Of a stretch of 64,000 nucleotides of DNA, positions 1 to 25,022 are shown in pieces (within the stretch, counting starts at the first letter, position 1; each line of letters opens with the position of its first letter). The notes beneath the pieces were generated by a model. It was not told the origin of the DNA and made no database searches. It was given only the letters and a program-made list of their open reading frames with translations. The stretch is from the human T2T-CHM13v2.0 reference genome, Homo sapiens: the NCBI RefSeq assembly GCF_009914755.1, contig NC_060928.1. One strand, given 5' to 3'. The translations under genes were made by a program, and so were the position numbers.

Positions 1-414
1 TTGAACCCCTTCTAGTCATTACCCTCTTGCAGCAAGTTCACACTTGCCGGCTGCTCCTAGTCCTCACTCTTACTGTTCTTTGTTAGTTATATCACCTAAG
101 CATCTACCCACAAATACTGTAGTACAGTTTTCCTGGTGTTTTGAATTTTACAGAAATGTAATCGTACTGTGTGTTATTTTATGTCTTACTTATTTTGCTC
201 AGCATTATGTTTGAGAGTCATAAATCTTGTTTCTCTATTTTCATTGCTAGATGCCATCCTCCTTTGTGAACATGTTGCATTTTAGTTGTTTCCAAATCTT
301 GCTGATTGTGGAGCACACATGACATTCTGTTGTCTATAAATAGAAGGAATTGCTGAGCCATAGGTGGTTTATATACTTGACTGATTCCATGTTAAGATCA
401 GTAGCATGTTTTTA

Positions 415-1124
<710 letters not shown>

Positions 1125-2765
1125 TAACAAACCTCTTTAATATCTGAATGATAGAACAAAGCTGGTTTCTTATATCTGCCTCTGTGTGGAACCTGTTGTG
1201 ATAGGTTGTTCTGATTGAAGTATTTGAAGAAATATTTTATTGGCTTTTTTAGAGAATTGTGGATATTTTTCTTTGATGCTGTACCAAACCATGACAAGTT
1301 AGTTTCTCAAGGGTTAGGTGTAGTGTAGAAGCTAAAACCAATCAGTGGCTTTTCCCTACACTGTTACGTGAAAGTCCATTGGTCTGTCTTGTCCTCTGAA
1401 TGGATATCTTGCCCATGCGTGGCTTGTAACATCACATGTTGGTTATTTGTAAAGTATTGGTTTACTAAGGTAGACAGATTTTCCTGATATTAATACTTTT
1501 CATCATTATTTTTAAAAAATCATATTTGTTACAAAAAAATCATATTTGTTAATACCACCACTGATCTCATCAGAAAGTTCTTTAAATGTTGAGTTTTCAA
1601 GCCCACAGTGGCAGGTGAAAGTTTTCCAGAGTTCTAATTTTTGCTCAGAAAAATTATGATTATGAGAAAAGCTCAGATTTTATTGGTCACAAATAGTGCC
1701 AAATTGCCTTGAAGTGACGGACTCATTTTGTTCATTTTGGAAAATATCTGACAAATATCCAAGTCCAAATAACCATAGTTTGGCCCATCAGTCACTTTTT
1801 GAAGTAAAATTGACATTTCACAGGTGAAGGGCCATTCATCTCACAATGCACAGTGAGATTCCTCGAGGCGGACTCTTCCTGGGGCGTGCCGGAGAAATAA
1901 ATGCTCTGTGTATACTTCCCACTTCGTCACGCAGAATATTCAGAAGACTTGTGCTCAGGGGTTGAGATTTATGCAAAATAATTATTTTTATTGCATCAAG
2001 GACATTCTTAAGTGGAACTGGCTTTTTTCCCGCCTCACAGCTCTGAAGTGTGTGGCAGTGAAGAATGCAGCAGCCACTAGCATGCTTTGCTCCTGCTGTC
2101 TTCGTCCTTGCATTGGTGTTTCACTCTTTTCCCCACCATTGTTTTTTTCCCTGTCAGTGTGAATGTCAGCACAGTGAAAAAGGCAGAGGACATTTTGGTA
2201 CAAATTTGAAAATAGTTTTGACTCGTGGGCCTGCTGAAGGGTGTTAGGGTGAAAATCCTATTTTGCTAGCCATTAGTAGTTAACCACAGATTTCTTGAAA
2301 CTTGCTCAACTTTTTAATATCTGTCTGCTGATACATATTTAACATAGGTGTCAACCAGATTTGTTTTTAGTATTTGGAAAATAATGCTTTCCCTTCTAAT
2401 TCTTCATTATAGCTTTAACACTGAAATTTGTCAGAGAACTTAGTTAATTATCAATGATATGTTCAGGTTGGCAACTAGGCTTATAGCATGGCCTTACCCT
2501 CGCTGCGGCTCTAGGCTATGCTGGACCATCTGAATGGGGTCCTCGGACCACACTTTGAGAACCACAGCTCTGTTGGGTTGTCTTTTTCTTATTGACTTGT
2601 GGGATTTCTTTATATACACTCAGTAGCAGCTCTTTATTGGTTGTATGTGTTGCAGATATTGCCTGTTTCTTTTTTGTCTGTTTTTCACTATGTGATGGTG
2701 TCGCTTTATGAACACAGATTCTTTTCTTTTTTTAACCTTGAGATGCTACCAGGGCAGCCACTCAC

Positions 2766-2915
2766 CACAGCCCCTGCTGGGGTGTGAATGTGCACCACGC
2801 ACTTCACGTCCGGGTGTGCAGCATAAATTGCAGAGTGTAAGGTGAAGCCGGCCTGATTCACTCCCAGATTAGTGCTTCCACGATCTACTATATCTCCTTG
2901 TAGATTGATCTTAAC
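2766..2915 (-). pseudogene. Isolated unprocessed copy of one alpha-adducin (ADD1) head-domain exon
   Basis: Minus strand reads tttttttattttcag|GTT AAG ATC AAT...GGG GCT GTG|gtgagt. The 150 nt encode VKINLQGDIVDRGSTNLGVNQAGFTLHSAIYAAHPDVKCVVHIHTPAGAV, matching ADD1 as I recall it at 48/50 aa. I found no other adducin exon in the window. Confidence 0.9.
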
Positions 2916-2959
2916 CTGAAAATAAAAAAATAAAAATTTAAAATACCAAGAGGACTTCA

Positions 2960-3287
2960 TTTTTCTTTTCTGTTTTCGAGACGGTCGGTCTCGCCCAGTA
3001 TGGAGTGCAGTGGTGCAATCCTGATTCTCTGCAGCCTTCACCTCCTGTGTTCAAGCAACCCTTCTGCCTCAGTCTCCTGAGTAGCTGGGACTACAGGTGC
3101 GCACCACCATGCCTGGCTAATTTTTTTATTTTTAATATAGACGGGGTTTTGCCATGTTGCTCAGGCTGGTCTCAAACTCCTGGGCTCAATCAGTCTCCCT
3201 CTGTCGCCCTGGCTGGACCTCAGATGATCTGCCTGCCACGGCCTCCCAAAGTGCTGGGATTACAGGAGTGAGCCACTGCACCCAGCC
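2960..3287 (-). mobile_element. Old or chimeric Alu adjoining the ADD1-like insert
   Basis: Alu reverse complement with a misplaced Alu-end fragment (agtctccctctgtcgccctggctgga) at ~3192-3217. Confidence 0.85.
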
Positions 3288-3654
3288 AAATATGATAATG
3301 AGCCAGGGGTAGTGGGAAGCATATTTAGATCATGGGCGGGTCAGCAATATGCCCATGGGCTTTGCCACCAGAGTCCTGTGTCCTGGTGTGCCTCGGCACA
3401 CTGTTTGCCATAGGCTTTGAGGAGAGTGTTGGTTGGTCTTAATAACATTCTATCTCGGGCCCAGAGGTAGCCCACTGAAGGAGAAATTCAGAGAAGAGAG
3501 GTGGGATGGCTGAGACATTTTTGCATAGACCTGCAAGGGGACAGGCCTGACTAAACAAATCTTGCTCCTTAATAGTCAGGACCAAGCCTGTGTTGAACTT
3601 AGCAATTTGGTTTCAGCTAATCATCGATCTCTCTCTTTAAAATAATGTTGTTAA

Positions 3655-3903
<249 letters not shown>

Positions 3904-4593
3904 TGATCCACCCGCCTCGGCCTTCCAAAGTGCTGGGATTACAGATCTGAGCCACCGTGCCTGGCTGAATTTCACCATTTTAAAAATATTTCACTTTAAA
4001 CCACCTTGAGTTTTTACATTATATGAAGGCTAAAAGACATATTATGTTGCATTTTAACATTTGCATATGTTTAACAAAAATAGTTTTAGTCTGGTGGGAG
4101 ATACGGTGAGGGGATGGCACTTTGGGGTAATTGTTTTTTCTTTAAAGGGCCCTGAACTCAAGCATCCTGTCATAAAGAAGACTACTCGGCAAGTAGTCTT
4201 AAGTTTCTATCTATTTTTCTGTTTTCAAGGCTGTTTTAGACTCCATTTTGATTATGGGCATTAGCAGTTGTCTTTATTCTCATATATCATATTATTAAAA
4301 TGTAAGTTGCATTTTACACTAAGGAACTGGGTTCTCCAATAGTTATTATGCCCATAGATTAATCAAGGCATATAGTCCCAACTTAAGCCATTTAAGAGTT
4401 TGCTGGCGTAGGCCACCGTGCACGGCGGCCTAGGCCGATCACGCCTGTAATCCCGGCACTTTGGGAGGCCGAGGCGGGTGGATCATGAGGTCAGGAGATC
4501 GAGACCATCCTGGCTAACACGGTGAAACCCCGTCTCTACTAAAAATATAAAAAATCAGCTGGGTGTGGTGTTGTGCATCTGTAGTCCCAGCTA

Positions 4594-4740
<147 letters not shown>

Positions 4741-4900
4741 TCACTCCTGTAATCCCAGCATTTTGGGAGGCCGAGGCAGATGGGTCACCTGAGGTCAGGA
4801 GATTGAGACCAGCCTGGCCAACATGATGAAACCCCATCTCTACTAAAAATACAAAAATTAGTTGGGCTTGGTTGCGGGTGCCTGTAATCCCAGCTACTCA

Positions 4901-5059
<159 letters not shown>

Positions 5060-5309
5060 TTACCCAATGGTTACTACGCCCATAGATCAATCAAGGCATA
5101 TAGTCCCAACTTAAACCAGCCATTTAAGAGTTTGCTAGTATTGGTCCTTACCTTGAATGCTTGCCCTGTTGGGTTTTAGGTCATATTAGAAACGTACAGA
5201 TTTCTTTGCAGTGAACTTCATGAAAGTAGTTGCTAATGTAATTTGTTGGAACTACTCAAAATTGCCAGATTGACTTGAGTTAGCCTTACAGAAAGATAAG
5301 CTGAGTGGT

Positions 5310-11516
<6,207 letters not shown>

Positions 11517-11613
11517 TAGTAGAGACGGGGTTTCACCATGTTATTAGCCAGGATGGTCTTGATCTCCTGACCTCATGATCTGCCCGCCCTGGCCTCCCAA
11601 AGTGCTGGGGTTA

Positions 11614-12277
<664 letters not shown>

Positions 12278-12344
12278 TGATCCACCTGCCTCGCCTTCCC
12301 AAAGTGCTGGGATTACAGGCATGAGCCACCGCGTCTGGCCTATG

Positions 12345-14920
<2,576 letters not shown>

Positions 14921-15519
14921 GAAACATGACTGAGGTTAAATCTGTATATGATGAGTGCTATAATGGGACACATTTAAGGATTTAATATGTAGTCATCATG
15001 TACCCTATTTTAAGAGTTACTTTCATGTCTTGTCTCCAGGAAATGTTGCTTTCCCAAGTTCTTGATTGCTTTTCTGAGTGTACTGCGTTCCAGCCATGAT
15101 GATAGGCACTGATGTACCATAGTGAGCAAGTAGATAGGTTCTGGCTCTCATGAACCATGAATTCCAGTGTTGAAGACACATAAAAAAACAAGAACACAGT
15201 AGAACACCAGGATTTCAGATAGCAGTTTAATAGAGGAGATTAACTGGGGTGTTTAGGTTGATGGGTAAGCTAGAGCTCAGGAGATGGGCACCGCGCTCAT
15301 AATCAGAACAAACACATTTTTAACATAAAGAATAATTAGCAAGTGGCAGGGTGTGTGGCTCATGCCTGTAATCCAGCACTCTGGGAGGCTGAGGCAGGCG
15401 GGATCGCCTGAGGTCAGGAGTTGGGAGACCAGCCTTGTCAACGTGGTGTAACCCCGTCTCTACTAAAAATACAAAAATTAGCCAGGGGTGGTGGTGGTGG
15501 GCTCCCGTAATCCCAGCTA

Positions 15520-15615
<96 letters not shown>

Positions 15616-16239
15616 TCAAAAAAAAAAAAAAAAAAAAAGTAATTAACAAGTAGCGACAGGTCAGCCACCCAGATCCGTGAAGTGAATGCTAAAGAATATG
15701 GCCGGGGCAGATTTAGGGAGCAGCCACTAACGGGAGCTTAGGGAGGGGACTCAAGAAAGGAACAAACTTGGAAGAGGCCCTGACATGGAGGGGGTGTCAT
15801 TATGCCCCACTGGGTAGCAGAGAGGCTCCCTGAGGTCCTGCAGGCTGGGACTGAGTGCTGGAGAGTGCGTGCCTCTCAGTCCCCCACACACCACTGATGA
15901 GGAGCTGCCTCAGGGTAAGAGCAAGATGAGAAAAGCACAGGAACCTGGAGGGAGACCCCTTCTTCTTCACCGTCCCTGTAGTACCCTCCACCCATAGGAC
16001 CACACATTGTACCTACCTGCTGGCAGAGGAGAAATGTTTACAGGGTGCAGCTCCTTCATTGTAAGTGTGGCGAAGAAGGGTGGATTTGGAGTTGAGAGGC
16101 AAAAAAATTAATTGACTCAACCAGCCTCCCTCAGTAGGTGATCTTTTTGCTGAGGCCTGATGGGACAGTATTCTACAGTCTACCAGAAGCCAATCAGAGG
16201 CTCACTGACTAAGGGTACGAGGCAAAGGGAGCAAGGGCA

Positions 16240-16580
16240 GTGACTTAAAAGCAGAACTTTGACCTGAGCAACCTTGAAAGCTGTGGTAAGAAATACGGTG
16301 TTTGCTCCTAAGTGAAGTGGAGGAGAACAGAGGTTTTATGTAGGGAGCTCTGTGATCTCACTCTGCTGCTGCTTGGAGAATGGATGATTAGTACATACGG
16401 AAATAGGTGTGCCACTAGAGAGAGCCAGTGCAGCTGTGCAGGCAAGAGGTAGGTGATGATGGCTTAGACTGGGTTGGAAGCAGCGGAGGAAGAATGGGTG
16501 GATTGTGGAGGTGCTTAGGATTGAGGTGGAGTGGACAACTTTGCTGTTAGATGGGCGTGGGATGGAGGAGAGCGTGAACC
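16240..16580. mobile_element. L2-like fragment
   Basis: gtgcaggcaagag...gatgatggcttagactggg...ggaagcagcggagg motif typical of L2; similar pieces at ~15070-15320 and ~26395-26560. Confidence 0.5.
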
Positions 16581-16724
16581 TCGCTTGTTGAAGGGAACGG
16601 ACTCGCTTAGGGAACAGCCTCTTCTACCACTGCCCTCTCCTTGCCCTACCATGCCTCTTCAGTCAGAACTCCATGGCCTTCCAGCCACTTTTGGTATTGG
16701 AATAACCACATTTTCAGGTACTCA

Positions 16725-16886
<162 letters not shown>

Positions 16887-16889
16887 TTA

Positions 16890-17078
<189 letters not shown>

Positions 17079-17334
17079 CTAATTAATTCAAAGCCTCTTC
17101 CCCTCATGTTAAGTGATGGCAGGAGTCCCCAAGGGCAGAGGGCGGTGGTGTATGTCCTGCTTCCTTATGCCTGTCCTGTTCCTCCAGGATGGAGAAGGGG
17201 CACTGGAGCGGAGACTTGGGGGTCTTTGTTCTCTGCTGGGTTGTCTAGGTTCTTTTTGGCCCACTAGCGCTAGGCCTGTGGTCCTAATGGGTGGCCCAGT
17301 GGTTGCTGGCTCTTTCTTGTTGGTGGCGGGGGTG

Positions 17335-17705
17335 CTGCTTTAGCATGCTCAGGCTGCTGCAACAAAATGCCATGGGCTAAGCTGCTTGTAAACAGCGGAC
17401 ATTTATATCTTATAGTCTGGAGGGCTGGAAGGTCTAAGATCAAGGTGCTGGCAGATTGGTGCCTGGGAAGGGCCAAGCTTTGGTTCATAGCTGGTGCCCT
17501 CTCTCTGTCCTCGTGCGGTGGAAGGATGTGGCAGCTCTCTGGGGCCTTCTTTATAAAAGGACACTAATTCCATTCACGAAGACTCCGACCTCATGACCTA
17601 ATCACCACCTAAAGGCCCTACTTCCTGATACATTACCTTAGGGGTTAAAATTTCAACTTATGAACGGGGGCGGGCGGGGGCACAAACATTCAGAACAGAG
17701 CAAAA
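17335..17705 (-). mobile_element. MLT1/MST-type MaLR LTR
   Basis: ggctgctgcaacaaaatgccat...tctaagatcaaggtgctggcagatt...ctcatgacctaatcacc...cacaaacattcag motifs typical of MaLR LTRs. Confidence 0.75.
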
Positions 17706-19060
17706 CATTCAGACCTTTGGGCACTTCTGAGACCTTGGTAGGGACTTCGTGCTGGACTGTCTAGTGGAAACTGTGTGACACAACCAGCCTGCCCCCAACC
17801 CCCTACCACTGCTGTCCCGCACTCTGCCCCCCTTCCCTCATGGTGTAATTCTGGGGTCTGCTTCCCCAGCAGGACCTATTTGGGGTGGGATTCTTTCAGG
17901 ATGACACAAGCTCTTACCCTCCTGTGTGCTGGCGGCAGCTGAGCTGGGTCCCCTGCTGTCTTTTTTTTTTGAGACGGAGTCTTGCTTTGTCACCAGGCTG
18001 GAGTGCGGTGGCGCGATCTCGGCTCACTGCAAGCTCTGCCTTCGGGTTCAAGCAATTCTCCTGCCTCAGCCTCCCGAGTAGCTGGGACTACAGGCGAGCG
18101 CCACCACACCCAGCTAATTTTTGTGCTTTTTTAGTAGAGACAGGGTTTCACCATGTTGGCCAGAAGGGTCTCGATCTCTTGACCTCGTGATCTGCCCGCC
18201 TTGGCCTCCCAAAGTGCTGGGATTACAGGCGTGAGCCACCGCGCCTGGCCGGTCCCCTGCTGTCTTAATCCTCTGCCCACTTAGCAACGCTCAGGCTTTT
18301 CTGCTGCAGGGTCTTACCTGCAAGGCCTGCACCAGTGTCTGTGTGACCCAACTCCACAGCACCTGCCACAGGCCCTTGGGAGTTTCCTTGTGCTTGGCTC
18401 AGCAGCATACTGGGGTAGTGCAAGCATCTGAACAGACCTTGCCAAGTCCAGCCCAGGGTGAGCCCCAGGCTCCTTGCCACAGGCCACCACCCGTCTCTCT
18501 GGGGGCTTGTCTCAGTGGCTTCATGCTTGACTGGGGGAGGGGTTGGTGAGGAGAGCACACTTTTCCTTGTGGGGACCAGAGTGGGAATAGTGCAATACTC
18601 AAGACTTAGGTGAATTCCTTTCTGGAAGTCTCTCTTGTGACTGTATTTCTTTTCCTCATGCTGTGGGGGTCAGGGGGACGCAATGATTATGGAGCTGGCA
18701 GCCCCTGTCATGAGCCTGGGGAAGGCTCTCTAGCACCCTGCATCACCCTGTGGGCACCCTCAGCTCTGAGACCTGAGCCCTGAGCCCCTGTTCCCAAGGA
18801 GCAGAGTCCTTCTCAGGGCCTCTTCTAGAAGGAGCCTTGGTGCCGATGGAAGGGTAACTGAGCGGGAGGAGGAACCTAGGGTTGTGTTGTGTTCTCTAGT
18901 TGTTGTTGGTGAAATCCTTTTGGCGTGGGACATAGGAAGGTCTTTGCCCAATGTTCTCTCTCTCTTTTTTTTTTTGAGACAAAGTCTCGGTCTGTTTCTC
19001 AGGCTGGAGTGCGGTGGCGCGATCTCGGCTCACTGCAACCTCAGCCTCCCGAGTAGTTGA

Positions 19061-19474
<414 letters not shown>

Positions 19475-20042
19475 TAATTTTTAAACTTTTTAAAAAAATT
19501 TATATAGAGATGAGGTCTTGCTGTGTTACCCAGGCTGGTCTCAAACGTCTGGGCTCAAGTGGTCCTCCCATCTCGGCTTCCCAAAATGGTGGGATTACAG
19601 GCGTGAACCGCCATGCCCAGCCGAATTGTTTCCTTTTTGTATGTATGTGTGTGTCTGTGTGACAATGTCTCTGTCACCCAGACAGGAGTGCAGTGGGGCA
19701 TGATCACGGCTGACTATAGCCTCAACTTCCCAGGCTCAAGTGATCCTGTCACCTCAGCCTCCTGGGTAGCTGGGACTACAGGCGGGCACCAACACGCCCG
19801 GCCTATTTTTTGTATTTCTTGTAGCAGTGGTGTTTCACCATGTTGCCCAGCGATCCACCCACCTCAGACTCCCAAAGTGCTGAGATTACAAGTGTGAGCC
19901 ACTGTATCTGGCCAAGATAGTTTCTTTTCAATGTTTAGGTTTTACAGTTTTTTAAAAGGCATTTTTCCTGAACAGTTAATAAAAAATTGATGCCGTGAAC
20001 ATTTTAACATAACTGGTCTATTCTGTTCTCTTTTTAAAACAG

Positions 20043-20176
20043 AGCCAAGATTTTCTTCTTCACTCCTCGCTTGGTGGCTCCCAGCCAGAGGCCGGCAGTG
20101 GTGGGAGGCTCGCTCTGGGTGCACAGACGCTGCCTTCAGACACCGCATGCTCGTGCGAGGCCTGCAGTGAGCGCAG
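20043..20176 (+). CDS. FAM193A: FAM193A coding exon (long N-terminal isoform), SQDFLLHSSLGG...DTACSCEACSER(R)
   Basis: ttctgttctctttttaaaacag| acceptor and CAG|gtatgt donor; 134 nt, open, CpG-retaining. Its phase-2 end (AG) joins the first A of the next exon to give Arg. Not in the supplied ORF track in this frame. Confidence 0.85.
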
Positions 20177-21190
20177 GTATGTGACGTGTGTGCCACGTTG
20201 CTCACACCTGTCCACAATGACATGCAGACCTGCATATTGGAGCTGGACGGAGAAACTGGGCTAATGTGACAGACAGCAACAAGAGTAAGGCAGTTGCTTC
20301 GCTATTGAGAGAAAGAACCATATGAGTAAGACAAAAACTGTTGCTCTTGAGGAACTGGCACTAGGAAGCATCCTCAGAACAAGAGAAGGAGTCCTTAAAT
20401 AATCAGAATCTAAGAGCAGCCTCAGTGAATGAGAGGAGCGATGGGGGAGAGCCTGACTGGCTGCTTCTCAGTGGCTGAGGGGAGAGCCCTGGAGCTCATC
20501 TTTTTTTTTTTTTTTTTTTTTTTTTGAGACAGGGTCTGGCTCTGTCCCCCAGGCCGGAGGGCAGTGGCGTGATCTCCGCTCACCACAACCTCCGCCTTCC
20601 AGGCTCAAGTGATCCTCCCACCTCAGTCCCGGTATCTGGGACTACAGGCGCGCACCACCATGTCGGGCTAATTTTTGTATATTTTATAGAGATGGGGCTT
20701 CGCCATGTTGCCCAGGCTGGTCTCAAACTCCTGGACTCAAACGATTAGCCCGTCTTCACCTCCCAGAGTGCTGGGATTACAGGCATGAGCCACCATGCCC
20801 AGCCCAGGAGCACATCTAAAAATGCTCTGTGCTCTGGCTCAGGAAGGAATGCATGTAGCCAAGTGGGGGCCAAAGGGTGGGGGCAAAGCTGCCCATTAAG
20901 TACCTTGGAGGTGAAGGCCAGGTCAGCAGTGGGGATGTGGGTACCCTAATTGTGGACATTAGCCACAGATGCTCCTGTCATCTGTGCAGTGGCTAAGATC
21001 TTACGCAGAGTGCACCCTAGGAGCTGTGCTGGGGATGCCATCACCCCCCTGCACTGACAGCAGCCTGATTGCCGGCTCCTGGGAGCTGGGCAAGGTGCAA
21101 GAGCCTGGGAGGTCCTCTGAGGACAGTGTGCTAGGTGAGGAAGGGCAGCAGATTGTGGTGACTTTCTAACCTTCCTGTGTTGTCTCACAG

Positions 21191-21358
21191 AGAAATTTCG
21201 GCAGAGGCGGACCGGGAACCTCAGCAGCTGCAGAACTACTGGTCAGAAGTGCGCTACACGGTGCGCTGCATCTACCGCCAGGCAGGAACCCCGCTGGCAG
21301 ATGACCAGGACCAGTCTCTGGTGCCTGACAAGGAGGGAGTGAAGGAGCTCGTGGATAG
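21191..21358 (+). CDS. FAM193A: FAM193A coding exon, EISAEADREPQQLQNYWSEVRYTVRCIY...KELVD(R)
   Basis: ttgtctcacag| acceptor with ctaac branch-like motif upstream; AG|gtacat donor; 168 nt, phase 2-2. Confidence 0.9.
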
Positions 21359-21929
21359 GTACATACTGCCCTTTCCTGTTGTGGCCCCATGCAAACCCCT
21401 GCCCTCCCTGCTGCACTTGGAGCCACTCCTTTCAGGATGGGCTTTCCTTACAGTGCTCAGCTGGGTTTGCTTAGCCTTTGGTGCCTGTCAAGACTGCAGC
21501 AGATGAACTGGCAAAAGTGAGCCCCCTAGGTCAAACGTCTTGAATTTTTCTGATTTTGATGAAACGCTATTGCCTGTATAATTACACAAGAAATGTTTCT
21601 GTCACTTGTTTGTGTGAAGACTGATAATAATACCTTCCTTTTTGAGTCCCCCTGTGCCAGGGATGATGCAGAGTACTTTTACAAGCACTCTTGCCTTTAT
21701 CAACCCAAGGAGAAAGGCCGAGTTAGCCCATTTATGAAGTGAAAAAATGGGGGCTCTGTGAGGTTGGGTAGCTTGTGTATGTGCCTGTGGTTCATGAGGC
21801 CAAGACAGCTGAGGCGTGCCTGGCCGTGTGGCTGTTTCTCATGATGCCGCAGCCGTTCTTCAGCAGATACCTTATGCTCAGTAACCACACAGAATTTGAG
21901 GTGGCCATAATTTTTATTCTTCCTTATAG

Positions 21930-22166
<237 letters not shown>

Positions 22167-22485
22167 TAATCCACCTGCCTTGACCTCCCAAAGTGCTGGG
22201 ATTACAGGCGTGAGCCACTGCGTCCGGCAACATAACATATTTTTATGTTTTTTGAAATGTTTCAAATGAAAGCAACTTATTTGAGATGGCCATTTCATGG
22301 GTTGATTCTCATTTGGGTTTCTTTCTCACATTTTGAATGCAGCACATTTGGGAGGCTTTTTTTTTTTTTTTTTTTTCAGATGGAGTCTCACTCTGTCGCC
22401 CAGGCTGATGTGCAGTGGTGTAATCTCAGCTCACTGCAACCTCTGCTGCCTGAGTTCAAGTGATTCTCCTGCCTCAGCCTCCTGA

Positions 22486-22728
<243 letters not shown>

Positions 22729-23591
22729 TAGCCAGGATGGTCTTGATCTCCTGACGTTGTGATCTGCCCGCCTCGGCCTCCCAAAGTGCTGAGATTACAG
22801 GTGTGAGCCACCACACCCGGCTGCGCCCAGCTAATTTTTGTATTTTTAGTAGAGACAGGGTTCATCATCTTGGCCAGGCTGGCCTTGAACTCCTGACCTT
22901 GTGATCCACCTGCCTCAGCCTCCCAAAGTGTTGGGATTACAGGCGTGAGCCACCGCGCCCCGCCGGGAGTTTTATAAACTGATGTTTGCTGTGCAGTAGA
23001 TTCTTTCCTGGAGGCAGGGATAGTGATTAGCCATAGATTAGGTTAACTCATTGAATTCAGCCAAGTATTTTCAGGGTTTGACCTGTGAGCCACTGGTATT
23101 GCATGAGGTCCCTCTCTGTGGTATGTGCTTTTATTAGAAGTTAGGTTTCCAGCCAAGCGTGGTGGCTCACACCTGTAATCCCAGCACTTCGGGAGGATTG
23201 CTTGGGCCCAAGAGTTCAAGACTAGCCTGGGCAACATAGTGACTTGTCTCTACACAAAATAAAAAAAATTAGCCAGGTGTGATGAAGCACACTTGTGGTC
23301 CCGGTTGCTTGGGAGGCTGAGGCAGGAGGAGCTCTTAAGCCCAGGAGTTCGGTGCTGCACTGAGCTAGGATCGCTCCACTGCACACCAGCCTGGGCAACA
23401 GAGTAAAATCCAAAGAAAAACACAAAAAAACAACAAAGTTAGGTTTCCTAGTGAGTATTAGGAAAAAATGTATAACCTTCACGTCAAACCCATGACTTCA
23501 CAGCTTATTAACATTGCAACTTCAGTACTTTAGAGTAGCAGCCAGTGTGTAGTTGATGTGCCCGCATCTGTTGAATGTGTGTGTGAGTTAG

Positions 23592-23813
<222 letters not shown>

Positions 23814-24725
23814 TAGTAGAGACAGGGTTTCACCGTGTTAGCCAGGATGGTCTCAATCTCGCCTCCCAAAGTGCTGGGATTATAGGCGTGAGCCACTGCA
23901 CCCTGCCCCGCTGCCTTCTTTTTATATAACTTAAAAAAAAATCTGTTTGCAAAAGTATCACATGGTTATTTCCTTAAATTTATAAAATACAGAAATAGAC
24001 AAAAAAAAAAAAGAGATCTAAGTCCGACATGCTAAGAGAACAGTGACGTGGGTGTCCAGTCTACTTCTAAGTTTGGTTGTCTCTGTCAAAATTTGACCTT
24101 CTGTGGCTTTATTTTAATAGATGAAATGCATTCTGTTTCAGAGGACAGTTTTTTATACTAGTAGTTGAAATGACAGTTGTCATGCTCAAAAAATTAATGT
24201 CTGTCTGAAATATACTAACCATAATAGGAATCCCATCCATCTACACTATTTTTTTAATCCACATTTTCCATAAGGCTTCACATGTTCCATTGCAAGATTT
24301 TACTTGGCACTTGTCTTTTATAGCCTAGGTAATATGGCAATTTAAAAATAGAACAGGTGACAACTTTCTTTTCTTTTGACATAATATGGTATGTAGGTGA
24401 AAGGATTTACTATGTAAAATCCAGGAGCTGTAGTTTAATACATTTTACAACTCATTTCTGTTAGAGTGATGAACTCAAACTGGTTTCTCCTGGTGATGGG
24501 TTATGGACGAATTTTTATTATTACATCAGTGGTTTTAGGTTTCCATCTAGAGGCTCCTGGATTAAAATACAATTAAATTTAACCATAGCAATGCCAGTAC
24601 TGTAGAATACGTTTTAAAATGTGCATTATCGGCCGGGTGCGGTGGCTCACGCCTGTAAGTCCCAGTACTTTGAGAGGCCAAGGCGGGCGGATCACAAGGT
24701 CAGGAGATCGGGACCATCCTGGCTA

Positions 24726-25022
<297 letters not shown>

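Noticed and set aside
2766-2915. Window being the ADD1 gene itself
   Set aside because: Only one adducin exon was found, antisense and within an intron of a coherent FAM193A exon chain, with substitutions relative to ADD1.
2718-3287. Alu-driven 3' transduction as the origin of the ADD1-like exon
   Set aside because: An A-rich run follows on the minus strand, but no matching TSD was found, and T-runs before the exon would terminate Pol III. Not excluded if the duplicated block extends beyond 3287.
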